Assembly (NCBI GenBank): GCA_032718475.1
Contig: JAUCBJ010006988.1
Span: 146,075-210,074 of the forward strand
Reading direction: 5' to 3'
Length of the DNA: 64,000 bases
Source: Nemertoderma westbladi
Lineage: Eukaryota; Animalia; Xenacoelomorpha
A program made the position numbers and the translations under genes. Shown one piece after another: positions 63,742 to 64,000 of the stretch. The stretch's first letter is position 1; each line of letters opens with the position of its first letter. The notes under the pieces were generated by a model, which saw only the letters and a program-made list of their open reading frames with translations, was not told the origin of the DNA and made no database searches.

Positions 63742-64000
63742 AAGTTTCCATCAACATTAAAGTGTAAAAATATTATTCAAAATATAAAAAATAACATGTC
63801 TTATTAATTTGTTTTATATGGGAATTTGAATTGAAACGCCAATTTAGATGTAAAATGTTTACTATGTGCCAACTATAAATATGCCAATGTGAACAATTTG
63901 CCAATTTTGTGAATAAAAGACTACATAACGCCAGTATCTACGTAAAATGGTTTTAATTCGACAAAAATTGTCGATAGCCAATATGTTCTTATTGTGTGGT

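Larger units (their letters stand above)
58497..64000. repeat. Tandem segmental repeat: two ~1.62-kb near-identical units plus an older interrupted unit
   Basis: atatgtgtga(c/a)cagtaaacatccactgggaagcagcaccg at ~58541, ~60841 and ~62454. The duplicated ORF pairs 61490/63113 and 61730/63356 are offset by 1623-1626 bp. Confidence 0.9.

Overview
Repeat-dense eukaryotic (invertebrate-animal-like) DNA with no prokaryotic features. Host genes are a two-exon cyclin C, a head-to-head 7SL/SRP RNA gene and an intronless type-II-membrane fibrinogen-domain (FReD) gene. Most of the window is two decayed copies of an unusually long BEL/Pao LTR retrotransposon. Copy 1 (2045-~14847) is 3'-truncated with the protease deleted. 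Copy 2 (32502-54837) is full length with an AGGCC target-site duplication, ~18 kb before two later insertions into its 3' LTR. Two features of this family stand out. (i) It has no tRNA-type primer-binding site: the 11 nt right after the 5' LTR are the exact reverse complement of an 11-mer inside the LTR, and all three differences between the copies are compensatory, which is the signature of Tf1-like self-priming. (ii) In the env position it carries a ~1390-codon extra ORF with a recognisable DEDDy (RNase D/WRN-type) 3'-5' exonuclease domain followed by two zinc knuckles. Also present are a 5 kb 21-bp satellite growing from the cyclin C stop codon, a 35-bp satellite amplified from a LINE ORF2, RTE-like LINE fragments, tRNA-derived SINEs, Kolobok/piggyBac/HINE-like non-autonomous elements and a ~1.6 kb tandem duplication. 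All domain calls are by-eye motif recognition; no database search was run.
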